Below are positions 18,004 to 28,564 of a stretch of DNA of 64,000 nucleotides, piece after piece (the stretch's first letter is position 1; every line of letters begins with the position of its first letter). The translations under genes were made by a program, and so were the position numbers. Origin of the DNA: an uncultured Chitinophagaceae bacterium. GTDB taxonomy: Bacteria; Bacteroidota; Ignavibacteria; UBA10030; UBA8401. The notes beneath the pieces are model-generated. The model was not told the origin of the DNA, ran no database searches, and worked only from the letters and a program-made list of their open reading frames with translations. The stretch spans positions 1,006 through 65,005 of the forward strand of contig CAYHFN010000016.1 in NCBI GenBank assembly GCA_964355925.1. The letters run 5' to 3'.

Positions 18004-19365
18004 TTATTTAATGCCCCACTTTTTTAGCCGGTACCGTAAATTTCTTTCTGATAATCCAAGCTGCACCGCCGCTTTTGATTGATTATTACCTGTTATACGA
18101 AGAGCTTCAAAAATAAGATCTTTTTCTAGATTTTCAACCCGTTCCGAGAAATTCCCGGACGGTTGTTTTGATACAGGGGATTCCGTTTTACCATTCTTTA
18201 CTATCTGAGGAAGATCTTCAGTTGTGATCGTTTCTCCCCGGGAAAAAATAACAGATCGCTGGACGATATTTTCTAATTCGCGCACGTTACCGGGATAATC
18301 ATATCTCACCAAATGTTCCCAAGCTTCTTTCGAGAAGGATAATTTCTTTCTTCTATTCTCTTTGGCATATTTTAAAAGAAAGTGATCCAATAATACCGTT
18401 ACATCTTCTCGTCGCTTTCGAAGCGGAGGGACTTCAACTGCAACTACATTCAAGCGATAAAAAAGGTCCTCGCGAAATTTTCCTGCCGTAATTGCTTCTT
18501 CAAGATTCTTATGAGTTGCCGTAATCACTCGAACATCAACAGAGAGTGTTTCCGAACTGCCAACGCGCTCAAACTGCTGTTCCTGCAATACCCGTAACAA
18601 CCGCACTTGTGTCGCAGAAGAAATGTCACCGATCTCGTCAAGAAAGATCGTTCCACCATCCGCAAGTTCGAACCTTCCCCGACGTTGTTTTTCTGCACCG
18701 GTGAATGCTCCTTTTTCATGGCCGAATAACTCACTTTCCAGCAAATTTTCGTTCAATGCGCCGCAGTTCACTGCAATAAATGGCTTTTTGTTTCTGGGAC
18801 TATTGAAATGTATTGCACGGGCAATGAGCTCTTTTCCTGTTCCACTTTCGCCGCGAATAAGGACAGGTGCTTTGGTTTGTGCAACACGAGAAGCGGTGGA
18901 AAGCACTTCTTGCATCTGAGAAGATTGAGAAATTATTTCCGTAAAAGAAAACTTTTCAATAAGCTGTTCACGAAGTAATTTATTTTCTGAGATCAACTGC
19001 TGACGTTCCTGCAACCGTTTTATGAGAAGATCAATTTCGTCAAGCTCGATCGGCTTGCTAAGATAATCATAAGCACCGGCTCGCATCGCATCTACCGCAC
19101 CCTCTATTGTCCCAAATGCAGTCATCAATACCACAACAACTTCTGTGTCGAGCTTTTTGATCTCTTGCAAAAGATCATATCCGGTTCCACCGGGCATTTT
19201 ATAATCGGTCAGAACAAGATCAACATGTTGAGAATGGATAAATTGAAGGGCTTCATGAACGGAAGACGATTGTTGAACATTGTGATGTTTCTTTTTTAGA
19301 TATCCAGCTAAAATATCCCTCTGGGATGCTTCATCGTCTACAATAAGGATGGATAAATTATTCAT
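18004..19365 (-). CDS. sigma54-dependent response regulator (NtrC/ZraR/AtoC family)
   Basis: REC (ILIVDDE, LTDYKMP), GESGTGKE, GAFTGA, YPGNVRELEN, Fis-type HTH. Confidence 0.95.
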   Translation of the reverse strand: MNNLSILIVDDEASQRDILAGYLKKKHHNVQQSSSVHEALQFIHSQHVDLVLTDYKMPGGTGYDLLQEIKKLDTEVVVVLMTAFGTIEGAVDAMRAGAYDYLSKPIELDEIDLLIKRLQERQQLISENKLLREQLIEKFSFTEIISQSSQMQEVLSTASRVAQTKAPVLIRGESGTGKELIARAIHFNSPRNKKPFIAVNCGALNENLLESELFGHEKGAFTGAEKQRRGRFELADGGTIFLDEIGDISSATQVRLLRVLQEQQFERVGSSETLSVDVRVITATHKNLEEAITAGKFREDLFYRLNVVAVEVPPLRKRREDVTVLLDHFLLKYAKENRRKKLSFSKEAWEHLVRYDYPGNVRELENIVQRSVIFSRGETITTEDLPQIVKNGKTESPVSKQPSGNFSERVENLEKDLIFEALRITGNNQSKAAVQLGLSERNLRYRLKKWGIK

Positions 19366-19500
19366 TAATCGATAGTAGTTTTAATGTGTTCGCGTTGCTG
19401 CTTTATAAAAATAACAATTTTACATTCCAAATACCGCTTTTATTTTGGAGCAGTTCAATACCAATGTAGCAGTTTAATGTTTTACCGATCTAAAACAACC

Positions 19501-20925
19501 TTATATGTTTGCTATTATATATGTCCGTAACGCAATATTATTTTTTTGCAAAGAAGGATACTCGTTATACGTACCAATATGACTATAATTCAAATATTCA
19601 AATGTCCACGTAGTGGAATGGCTTAAGTGCACTTGAACACCTGCTTGCCAAATCCCAACCACTTCATCTCCTCGTGCACCGCTAATTACATAAATCCATG
19701 ACCGATCGTAAGCCATGTATAGCTTCCCTAAATTATTGTTAGTTATTGAAGCCCTCATTTTTCCCTCAAGTCCTGGTCCAAGGTTGTAATCTCTTCCAAG
19801 TGGTTTAGCATATTCAGAATTTATTGCACCCACCAAAATAATAGAGGGAATTAATGTTGATTCCAAAATATACTGTTCTGATAGTTGGACTTTTGTTATC
19901 AAACCGATTCCAACACTGCTGCTTCCAACACGGTACGTAGCGGTATTAAGAAAATCATAATTTTTGAAAATACCGATAATGTTTTTTCCGTTTTGAAATA
20001 TTTTTATTTTGTTTCCCCATAACATTCCACTTCCCGAAATATTGATGATTGTATTGGTAATGGTAAATCCCAATCCAACAGTAACGTTAAAATAGTCGAA
20101 TGGATCATATCTACTGGAAAGGGAAAACAGATTCCCATAATCTAATTGAACATTCAAATAACCATGGGGATGTTTTTGATATAAGTTTCGATCAATAAAC
20201 AAACCAAGTATCCCCGCCGAAAGCGATACTGAGTAATTTGGTATTTGAGGTTTTGGACCAACGCTCCAACTTTTACCACTGATCAATCTGTTCAACCCAT
20301 GCACTGGTGAAAGTATTCCTGCCGTTATTTCGCGCCATACTCGCTCTCCGCCTGTTGCATTGTCATTCAGCAAAAGTGAAGAAACCCGAAACGATATTTC
20401 ACCAAGAACAATTCCACTGGTTGTGGTGCTTATTAGATCATTGCTTGATGGTAATTCATTTTCCATTACAATTTCCCACATGAAGCTGCCAGCAAACGGA
20501 TAAGCAATTGAATTCCAAAAACCTAATCCGGTTGAACGAGCAGCCGTATATGACAGCGCACCGCTGTATGGATGGAAAAGTGCGTTCATTTCAAAACCAT
20601 CATGATCCCATACAAAACCATGTTCCAAGTTGTATTTCACTGTCTTAAAAGATATTTTTGTCCAACCTGGATTGCCTAACGCATATTTATTAAGGTAAAA
20701 GACAAACACATTGTTGCCGATTGTTTCAATGGTGGGAGTAAGATAATCTTTGCCGCCGGAAGAAGAGTCAGTATTCTCAACATTGTGTTTATTGGCTGTT
20801 GAATAAATTGAGTCTTTGAAATGGTGTTCACTAATGAATACACTTTGGCTTTTTATAGTATTTGAGATAATAAGAATCAAACAAATCAATAAAATTGTTC
20901 TATCGTTGTTTTTGATATTTATCAT
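19501..20925 (-). CDS. DUF3943-like outer-membrane/exported protein
   Basis: WDHDGFEMNALFHPYSG...ARSTG...SFMWE...E.PSSNDLI motif; start reassigned to MINIK at 20925. Confidence 0.8.
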   Translation of the reverse strand: MINIKNNDRTILLICLILIISNTIKSQSVFISEHHFKDSIYSTANKHNVENTDSSSGGKDYLTPTIETIGNNVFVFYLNKYALGNPGWTKISFKTVKYNLEHGFVWDHDGFEMNALFHPYSGALSYTAARSTGLGFWNSIAYPFAGSFMWEIVMENELPSSNDLISTTTSGIVLGEISFRVSSLLLNDNATGGERVWREITAGILSPVHGLNRLISGKSWSVGPKPQIPNYSVSLSAGILGLFIDRNLYQKHPHGYLNVQLDYGNLFSLSSRYDPFDYFNVTVGLGFTITNTIINISGSGMLWGNKIKIFQNGKNIIGIFKNYDFLNTATYRVGSSSVGIGLITKVQLSEQYILESTLIPSIILVGAINSEYAKPLGRDYNLGPGLEGKMRASITNNNLGKLYMAYDRSWIYVISGARGDEVVGIWQAGVQVHLSHSTTWTFEYLNYSHIGTYNEYPSLQKNNIALRTYIIANI

Positions 20926-20949
20926 TACATAAACGATCCATATTCTCCA

Positions 20950-21300
20950 AATATTTTTCTTTTCCAACCCTTTTAGTGCTGGTTTCTCAATATCCTTAAT
21001 TTTAATTTTTTGTTCATTGTTTAGTTGGTCTTCAATTTCTTTAATCAAATCTTCAATTGCATCAATTCTGCTGCCACGACCTATTTTCGCACTCATTTTT
21101 TCAAATAATCTAGGTTCATCTCCGTTAGTTAATCGTTCCTTTAAGGATGTATTTTATTATCTTCGTCAAGAATATTTTTTATCTATTCAACTGCCAAATG
21201 AATATTTTTGTATTGCTCCACGTTGAGTTGTAAATATTTCTGTACTATATCCATTTCCAACTGCGATATTTGGCTTCCTGCGGTCATTATTCCGATAGCA
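20950..21300 (-). pseudogene. Decayed small helical periplasmic protein with two LxxEQ (Spy/CpxP-like) motifs
   Basis: ...LEMDIVQKYLQLNVEQYKNIHLAVE*IKNILDEDNKI-(frameshift)-SLKERL...IEDQLNNEQK; the tail is in frame with the DUF3943 ORF. Confidence 0.45.
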
Positions 21301-21307
21301 AACATAC

Positions 21308-21730
21308 TTAGTGTGGCAACGATGAATGTAGTTTTGATAGAATATCACTTTTAGCAATAGACGAATTCGTCTTTAACGCAACATAAGAAATTACAATCCA
21401 CAGTATTGATCGAACACTCATTGCTCTTATACTATCTATAGCAAATGTTCCATCAACAAAATGAAATACCGCAACAAGTATTATTACTGTACTATGAAAC
21501 AGAGCAATCGTTGCCGCCGAATGCAAAGACCATTTTGTTCTAAACCACAGTGTAATACTAACTCCAAGACCGACAATGGCAAAGAACACATTGTAATACA
21601 ATAACGCAGGGACAACGAGATACCCGGGAATTGACACTCCAAGAATTACTGATGTTCCTTCAATGATAGAAAGAATACTAAATACAAAACCAATTGCCGA
21701 AACTATTTTTATACCAATTACATTTTTCAA
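21308..21730 (-). CDS. Four-TM hypothetical membrane protein
   Basis: Four hydrophobic segments; TTG start. Confidence 0.7.
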   Translation of the reverse strand: MKNVIGIKIVSAIGFVFSILSIIEGTSVILGVSIPGYLVVPALLYYNVFFAIVGLGVSITLWFRTKWSLHSAATIALFHSTVIILVAVFHFVDGTFAIDSIRAMSVRSILWIVISYVALKTNSSIAKSDILSKLHSSLPH

Positions 21731-21819
21731 AATTCTCTTATCCTATTACTAATTCTATCTTACGCCTGATTAAATGTCGTAAACTCTTCTGATCGAGAAT
21801 TAAACTTTCGTTAAACTTC

Positions 21820-24800
21820 TTAATGAGCAGAAATGTTTTTCTTAAAAAACTGTTGCAATATTTTTTCTTTCATTTTCTCCATTACAAAGTACACCATTGG
21901 TACCAAATACACTGTTAGAACAAGAGAAGAGAGCAGCCCGCCAATTATAACCCACGCAAGTCCGTTTTTCCATTCACTAGCAGTTCCTTTAGCAAGAGCA
22001 ATTGGTAACATTCCGAACACCATTGCAAGCGTGGTCATTAAAATAGGTCGCATACGACCTTTGCCTGCTGTGATCAATGCTTCCGTAAGCTGCATTCCTC
22101 GCGCTCTTAACTGATTGGTGAAGTCCACTATGAGAATTGCATTTTTCGCCACCAGACCCATCAACATAATTAATCCCAGCAACGCAAATAAACTTATGTT
22201 ACTCAGCGATAAATTCAATGCTAAAAATGCCCCAATTGTCGCTACAGGTATTGAGAACAATACCACAAACGGATAGAGAAAACTATCATACAGCGCCACC
22301 ATAACCAGATAGATCAGGATAAATGAAATTATTAACGCTGCACCCATCGCTCCAAAACTTTCGTCTTGAGTTTTTTTGTCGCTACCCCATGTCATCAGAA
22401 TATCATCAGGCAGTGGATTTTTTGTAACAAAATCAACAACTTCGCCTGCAACTGAACCAGAAGGTTTGCCTAACGCATACGCTGTGAGCGTTATTGATGG
22501 TTTTCTGTCTTTCCTTTCAAGCAACGATGGAGAATTATCTTGCACAACAGTGGCAAATTGAGATACTTCAACAGCATTACCTATTGGATTAACAATGGTA
22601 AGTGATTGAACATCTTCATAATTCATTCGACTGAAATCATCCAGCCATATTCGTATCGGATATTCTGTTCCGTTCTCGGTTAAAGTTGCATCGTCATTTC
22701 CTGCAAGTGCAGTGCGAAGATTGATACCAACATACGCCGAGGTCAAACCCAATCGTTGCATTTTATCTTTATCGGGAATAATTTTGTATTCAGGATTTCC
22801 TTCTTCTACAGAAAGGCGAACATTATCTACGCCGGGTATTCTTTCGAGTACAGTTTTTAATTCCTTGCCCGATGCAGTCACGGCAGTTAAATTATTTCCA
22901 CTTAATGTTATTTCAATCGGCGCCGATTTAGGGAGTAAACCCATAGCGGCGATAGAATAATTTATTCCAGGATACTTCTGATACAGATTATCCCGAAGTT
23001 CTTTCATAAATTGTTCTGTCGGCAGGTTGTTGCGTTCTTTCGCAGATTTTAATTGAATAGTAAATTCGGTTTTGTTTGCTGAACCTACGCCCAAACTTCC
23101 CATCCCTGTACCGGGTCCGGCAATATTACTAAAGACGGTTGACACCAATGGGTGTTGTAAAATATATTGTTCAATTTTTTGCGACATAATGTTGTTTTGC
23201 TGAACCGGCACAGACTTGTCGAACTCCAGAAATAGACGAAATTTTCCCTGATCGCCGGTTGCCATCATCTCCGAACCAATAATACCCAATTTCATAATTG
23301 CTACAGTCAGAAGAAATAAGAAGAGTACGATACCGGTGAATTTTATTTTATGGTTCAGCACCCATTCCAATTGGCTTCCGTACCAATTAATAAATTGATC
23401 CAATTGATGTTCAAACCAAAGCAGGAAACGATTAAAATTATTTGTGGGTTGCAAGTCTTCAGATTTTCCGATGCGCGAAGCCAGCCACGGTGTAAGTGTA
23501 AATCCAACCAATAAACTCGTCAATGTTGATGTTATAACTACCACCGAAAATTGTTTCAGCATATCAGCAATAAATACCTGTAAAAATAAAATTGGTAAAA
23601 ATACTACCACATCAACTAACGTAATTGATAACGCCGAAAAACCAATTTCCATCCGACCATCCATTGCGGCAATGCGTTTATCTTTTCCCATATCCAAATG
23701 ACGCTGGATATTTTCCAACACAACCGTTGCATCGTCCACCAAAATTCCTACAATGAGAGACATTGCCAGCAGCGTCATCAGATTGAGTGTGTACCCCAAA
23801 AACCACATCACCGCAAACGCAGTAACTAACGAGGTAGGAATAGCAATCAGAACGATCAAAGAATTTCTGAAACTACGCAAGAACAAAAGCATCACTAACG
23901 ATACAAGAATTACTGCTAAGAATAAGTCAAACAATACGGCATCAACGGCTGATATGGTGTTTTCCGTACTGTCATCGGCAATAACAAATTGTACGCTGGC
24001 ATCTGTATTTTTATTTTCTATTGATTTTAATTTAGCACGTACTAGTTTGGACACGTCAACGGAATTTGCATCACCTTGCTTTTTTAATAGAAGTCCAATT
24101 CCATTCTTGCCATTGTAAAGACTAACAGATGCAATTTCTTTTATGCCGTCAAATACAGTGGCAACATTTTTTACATACACCGGACTTCCGGCAACAGGCA
24201 TAGCAATCTGCACATTTTCAACATCTTCAATTGTTGAAAACTTGCCAGTTAAACGAACAGAATTATTCTCTGTACTTGTCTGAACTTTTCCTGCAGGCAA
24301 ATCCAATCCAGAACGGTTAATTGCCTCAACTACTTTAGAAAGAGAGACTCTATATAATTTTAATTTCTCTTGATCTACTTTAACCTGAATTTCTCTCGCT
24401 TCACCCCCAAGAAGTGTAATCTCTGCCACACCTTTTAATTGCTGTATTTGTGGTAGAAATTCATCTTTCATTTTTTGATAAAAAACAGTCGCCGGTAAAT
24501 TACTTGTTGCGCTTATAGAAATGATTGGCAAATCATTTGGCGATACTTTGCTCATCACCGGACTTACAATATCCGCTGGTAAATCTTTGCGAATATTGTC
24601 AATGTATCGTTGAGCATCCTGCATTGCTTTGTCCAGATCCGTTCCATATTTCAGGTTGGCGATGATAACAGAAGCATTCGGTAATGATTTTGTTACAAGG
24701 TAATCCACACCTTCAAGGTTAGAAAGTGCGTCTTCAATCTTGCGTGATACGGAAGTTTCTACTTCTTCCGGTTCTGCTCCCGGATATAATGTTTTAATTA

Positions 24801-24936
24801 CCACCACTGGTTGATTAAAATCCGGCAGCAGTTCATAGCTTAAATTCTTATAACCGATATATCCCAATAATGTGAACAAGCTGAACATGACAATGATCAG
24901 CGATGGACGTTTAATTGCTATCTCTGTTAAGTTCAT
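21820..24936 (-). CDS. RND efflux pump permease (AcrB/HAE1 family)
   Basis: AIKRP, GILVDDATVVLENI, AKNAILIVD, RMRPILMTT. Confidence 0.95.
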   Translation of the reverse strand: MNLTEIAIKRPSLIIVMFSLFTLLGYIGYKNLSYELLPDFNQPVVVIKTLYPGAEPEEVETSVSRKIEDALSNLEGVDYLVTKSLPNASVIIANLKYGTDLDKAMQDAQRYIDNIRKDLPADIVSPVMSKVSPNDLPIISISATSNLPATVFYQKMKDEFLPQIQQLKGVAEITLLGGEAREIQVKVDQEKLKLYRVSLSKVVEAINRSGLDLPAGKVQTSTENNSVRLTGKFSTIEDVENVQIAMPVAGSPVYVKNVATVFDGIKEIASVSLYNGKNGIGLLLKKQGDANSVDVSKLVRAKLKSIENKNTDASVQFVIADDSTENTISAVDAVLFDLFLAVILVSLVMLLFLRSFRNSLIVLIAIPTSLVTAFAVMWFLGYTLNLMTLLAMSLIVGILVDDATVVLENIQRHLDMGKDKRIAAMDGRMEIGFSALSITLVDVVVFLPILFLQVFIADMLKQFSVVVITSTLTSLLVGFTLTPWLASRIGKSEDLQPTNNFNRFLLWFEHQLDQFINWYGSQLEWVLNHKIKFTGIVLFLFLLTVAIMKLGIIGSEMMATGDQGKFRLFLEFDKSVPVQQNNIMSQKIEQYILQHPLVSTVFSNIAGPGTGMGSLGVGSANKTEFTIQLKSAKERNNLPTEQFMKELRDNLYQKYPGINYSIAAMGLLPKSAPIEITLSGNNLTAVTASGKELKTVLERIPGVDNVRLSVEEGNPEYKIIPDKDKMQRLGLTSAYVGINLRTALAGNDDATLTENGTEYPIRIWLDDFSRMNYEDVQSLTIVNPIGNAVEVSQFATVVQDNSPSLLERKDRKPSITLTAYALGKPSGSVAGEVVDFVTKNPLPDDILMTWGSDKKTQDESFGAMGAALIISFILIYLVMVALYDSFLYPFVVLFSIPVATIGAFLALNLSLSNISLFALLGLIMLMGLVAKNAILIVDFTNQLRARGMQLTEALITAGKGRMRPILMTTLAMVFGMLPIALAKGTASEWKNGLAWVIIGGLLSSLVLTVYLVPMVYFVMEKMKEKILQQFFKKNISAH

Positions 24937-24946
24937 TTTCTTTCCT

Positions 24947-26014
24947 TTATTCAAAAACTACGTTTGCGCCATCATATAAATTGATAAATCCGCCCTGCAC
25001 AATAATATCTCCTTCATTTAATCCGCTGCTAACTATCACTTTATTATCCATCCGCTTTGAAATTGAAATAGTATGAAGCGTAGCCTTTCCGTTTTTAATA
25101 AGATACACTTGAGGTTTTACATTTGAACCAACAATTGAGGAAGCGGAAATACTTATGTTCTTTTGATCTTCTCCTTCTTGAATGTTCACCTTACCAAACA
25201 TCCCCGACTTAATTTCAAAGCCATTCATATTTTGAACGGTAAATTGAACCGGATAACTGTTGGCATTATTTCCTTTGCTGCCAACAAGAGTTATTCTGCC
25301 TCGAAGAATCTTTTCAGGATACACGTCTGCAAAAACAGTATAGGATTGATTCATTTTGAATAAACGCAGATCAACTTCGGGAACATTTATTGTGAATTTA
25401 AGAAACGATATATCTGTTATTTGAAGTAACGGAATACCGGGCGCAGCAAACGCTCCTACTTCTGATAATTTTGCGGTTACAACTCCATTAAATGGTGCGG
25501 CGATTGTTGTTTTTTTGATTTGTTCCAGCACACTGTTTTTTTGAATGATTGCTGATTGTAAGCCAAGCTCTACTTTTTCTAATTGCACACCCTGAACTGC
25601 TTCAGCTTTTGCAAGAACAGTGTAACGCTGTACGTCCGATTGTAATCCTTTAATTTGAACTTCCAACGATTGCAGCTGCAAATTCAGCAGCGCATTATCC
25701 AATTGAATTAGCGATTGACCTTTTTTTACCACACTTCCGCCATCCACATAAAATTCATTTATCTTTCCTTGTACTTCAGCACTGATTCTGGTTTCTTTGT
25801 TGGGTTCAAACATTCCCGTGTACGACGATACCTTGTCAATTTGTTTGTACCCAATTTTTTCTACCGACACGAATATATTTTTCTTCGCATCATACCGATA
25901 GACCTTTGCATCTACTGTATTCTTATTCAGAACTAGTTTGGCAGAAAATAGTACAATCATCACTGCAACCGCAGCAATTCCGATGTTTCTTTTCGTTTCT
26001 TTTTTCATTTTCAT
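24947..26014 (-). CDS. RND periplasmic adaptor (membrane fusion protein)
   Basis: N-terminal TM; lipoyl halves ISAEVQGKI...VKKGQ and IAAPFNGVV; KSGMFG. Confidence 0.93.
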   Translation of the reverse strand: MKMKKETKRNIGIAAVAVMIVLFSAKLVLNKNTVDAKVYRYDAKKNIFVSVEKIGYKQIDKVSSYTGMFEPNKETRISAEVQGKINEFYVDGGSVVKKGQSLIQLDNALLNLQLQSLEVQIKGLQSDVQRYTVLAKAEAVQGVQLEKVELGLQSAIIQKNSVLEQIKKTTIAAPFNGVVTAKLSEVGAFAAPGIPLLQITDISFLKFTINVPEVDLRLFKMNQSYTVFADVYPEKILRGRITLVGSKGNNANSYPVQFTVQNMNGFEIKSGMFGKVNIQEGEDQKNISISASSIVGSNVKPQVYLIKNGKATLHTISISKRMDNKVIVSSGLNEGDIIVQGGFINLYDGANVVFE

Positions 26015-26024
26015 TTTCCCTTTG

Positions 26025-27335
26025 TTATAAATTACCTGTTACTTTTATCCATTCTAATTCTGTCATTCTAAATTTTGCCAGAGCAGTTAAATAATTTGTT
26101 TGAGCATCACGCAGCGCGCTATCTCCTTGCAGCACATCGGTAATACTTGCTACGCCTTCCTTAAATTGCAGCAGTGTTTGAGTATACAGTTTTTCGGCAA
26201 GAAGGATATTTTCTTCCTGCATCGCTACAGATTTTTTATGAGCTGCGAGCTGGTTCTGAGTATTTTTTTTATCCATCATATTTTTTTCTATCAACATTTT
26301 TTCTTTCAATCCCGCTTTTTGCAGCTCAAGGGTTTTTTGATCTACCTTGGAACTGATCGTGCCGCCATCAAACAATGGGATGGAAAGTTGAATACCAACA
26401 AAACTTATTGGAAAATATTTTTCAAATGATTTATCCCCTGTGGTTGCATAATCGTTGGTACCGTACAATCCATACACTGCAAGTGTTGGATACCGTCCCG
26501 CATAGATACCATCTATTTCTGAATTTAATAATTGCTGCAGTTTTTGCATAACGAGAAGATCGGTCGCAATGTTCGTCTTGTTCCCAATCAATAATAATTC
26601 GGAAGAAGGATGCATTTGAATTGTGATAGAATCGTTTTGCGAAAGACCCATTTGATATTTTAAGACACTCAATAACTGCTGATAATTTGCTTCCGCAGTG
26701 CTTACTTGCGCGTCAAGAATACTTTTCTGCAATTTCAGTTTATCTGCATCCGACTGTTTTGCCATTTGGTTTTGATACAGAAGAGTTGTCGTAGCAATCA
26801 GTTGTTCAAGATTATTTATATTCCCGTGCAAAAATATAATTTGATTTGCTGCGATCTGCGCATTATAATAGACATTCGATACATCCAGTATCACATCTTC
26901 TCTCATTTTTTTATACTGAATTTCTGCCAACTCCGTACCGATTTTTGCCGTAGTTCTACCGCTTAAGATCGTTTGATTGTAGATCGGCATATTCCCTTGA
27001 ATGTTTCCATTTAATACGTGGGGCACACCAAACTGCGTTTCTTTATATACCCCAACAGGTCCGCCGAACATTGAGGCGGGTATCAATTGCGTTGGCAGTT
27101 CATTGTAGTAACGATAATCTGCAGAGAGAGACAATTGCGGCAGAAGTTTTGCTGTTATCTCTTCCCGCTTACGGGATGCCATCTCCACATCAGAATTTGC
27201 TATGAGAATATTGGTATTGTTTTGCACCGCCTGCTCAACACATTCCTGCAGACTAAGTTCTTTTTGTTGTGCAAACAAAAATGTTGCTGTGAAGAATAGA
27301 AAAACAAAAATAGTATGTCGTTTTATATTTGTCAT
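26025..27335 (-). CDS. TolC-family outer-membrane efflux protein
   Basis: LSLQECVEQAVQNN, YPTL, IPLFDG; operon context. Confidence 0.92.
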   Translation of the reverse strand: MTNIKRHTIFVFLFFTATFLFAQQKELSLQECVEQAVQNNTNILIANSDVEMASRKREEITAKLLPQLSLSADYRYYNELPTQLIPASMFGGPVGVYKETQFGVPHVLNGNIQGNMPIYNQTILSGRTTAKIGTELAEIQYKKMREDVILDVSNVYYNAQIAANQIIFLHGNINNLEQLIATTTLLYQNQMAKQSDADKLKLQKSILDAQVSTAEANYQQLLSVLKYQMGLSQNDSITIQMHPSSELLLIGNKTNIATDLLVMQKLQQLLNSEIDGIYAGRYPTLAVYGLYGTNDYATTGDKSFEKYFPISFVGIQLSIPLFDGGTISSKVDQKTLELQKAGLKEKMLIEKNMMDKKNTQNQLAAHKKSVAMQEENILLAEKLYTQTLLQFKEGVASITDVLQGDSALRDAQTNYLTALAKFRMTELEWIKVTGNL

Positions 27336-27344
27336 AAATTTCTA

Positions 27345-28013
27345 TCAATCTTTGATTGAGTTAAGTGAATACTTGCAGCTACCGTAATATAAGTGCCAAG
27401 CTTTTTCTGTTAAAATGCCGTCAAGGTAAATGCGCGTAATTGATTCAACTGCATCGTCCGTTGAAATTTTGTTGTTAAATAACACGGGTGTGTTATCAAC
27501 CCCCTGTAATGCGCTAATATATGCAATCAATAATACCTCTGGATGAATTTCAGACTTTACCATACCATTTTTAACGCCCTCTTGAATAAATGTCTTAAAG
27601 CTTGCAAAAGCTGTTCTGCTCCTAATATCTTCCAGACGCTTCCAAATATCCGGACGCTGTGCGCTAAGATCATCTCTGTATGGTTTGCTCATTTTCATAA
27701 ATATTGTACCGATAAGACAAAATACTTTATACAATTTGTCGATGTATTTGAGTGGTGAATTAACAATCTGTTTATATCGACTGATAGCTGAAATGATATG
27801 CTCTTCAATTATCGCTTCGATCAATTTAGTTTTGCTTGGGAAATGATTATAGACTGTCTTCTTACTCATCCCAAGTACGGAGGCTATTTCATCCATTGAC
27901 ACGTTCATGAAACCATATGCAAAGAATCGCTCCTGCGCTTGTTCTAAGATTCGATTTCGTACCATCAAACGGCGATGCATAGATTTATTTAATTTCATAA
28001 TTTGATTTATCAT
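27345..28013 (-). CDS. TetR/AcrR-family transcriptional regulator
   Basis: GFMNVSMDEIASVLGMSKKTVYNHFPSK HTH. Confidence 0.93.
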   Translation of the reverse strand: MINQIMKLNKSMHRRLMVRNRILEQAQERFFAYGFMNVSMDEIASVLGMSKKTVYNHFPSKTKLIEAIIEEHIISAISRYKQIVNSPLKYIDKLYKVFCLIGTIFMKMSKPYRDDLSAQRPDIWKRLEDIRSRTAFASFKTFIQEGVKNGMVKSEIHPEVLLIAYISALQGVDNTPVLFNNKISTDDAVESITRIYLDGILTEKAWHLYYGSCKYSLNSIKD

Positions 28014-28326
28014 ACTGTGGATTAGATATCCCTGCGAGTGCAGTAAAACCAGAAACAGTCAACAATACTCCTACAAATGATAAATTCCATTGTTGATATC
28101 TTCCTATAAGGAGATCAGGAATTGTGAGCGTCACAATTAACCATCCACCCAATACTATTGAAGCCCAGCCTTGCCACGGACGAACTTCTTTCATTAACCA
28201 TCCAACTATCGCGCTAATGATTCCGGTAAAGAGATTATTCATCACACAATCCAGATTCTTCATTTGGAAAAAGGCAATGGTGATAAGCCACAGACCTAAA
28301 CTTCCATTGATCCAGGCTTGCCACAT
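27985..28326 (-). CDS. SPW-repeat-like small membrane protein
   Basis: Duplicated WQxWINxxLGxWL units. Confidence 0.75.
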   Translation of the reverse strand: MWQAWINGSLGLWLITIAFFQMKNLDCVMNNLFTGIISAIVGWLMKEVRPWQGWASIVLGGWLIVTLTIPDLLIGRYQQWNLSFVGVLLTVSGFTALAGISNPQYDKSNYEIK

Positions 28327-28439
28327 TATTTATTCTTCCCCTTGTGTTGATTTTTTTCTTCATTGAGATAAACTATTTCAACCCACCCGTAGGTGATAAG
28401 GATAAAACCGACAGTAATTGCAAGTGTCACCATAATCAT
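28326..28439 (-). CDS. 37-aa single-TM peptide, first gene of the efflux operon (not in the ORF track)
   Basis: MIMVTLAITVGFILITYGWVEIVYLNEEKKSTQGKNK*; AAGGTG RBS; TAATG coupling to the next gene. Confidence 0.65.
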   Translation of the reverse strand: MIMVTLAITVGFILITYGWVEIVYLNEEKNQHKGKNK

Positions 28440-28489
28440 TGTATTCACCTTTGATATTTGTTTGTGTTACAGAGGTAATACTTATTATG

Positions 28490-28504
28490 GCAATACTCGT
28501 GCCA
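28490..28504 (-). promoter_or_regulatory. sigma54 promoter of the efflux operon
   Basis: Perfect TGGCACG-AGTA-TTGC. Confidence 0.85.
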
Positions 28505-28564
28505 CAGTAAAAAGTTCGAATATCAATGAAAAGAGTTATATTTTATGGAAATAACGATTGATGG

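Noticed and set aside
20926-21096. 57-aa N-terminal extension of the DUF3943 ORF
   Set aside because: Precedes the signal peptide and belongs to the upstream pseudogene.
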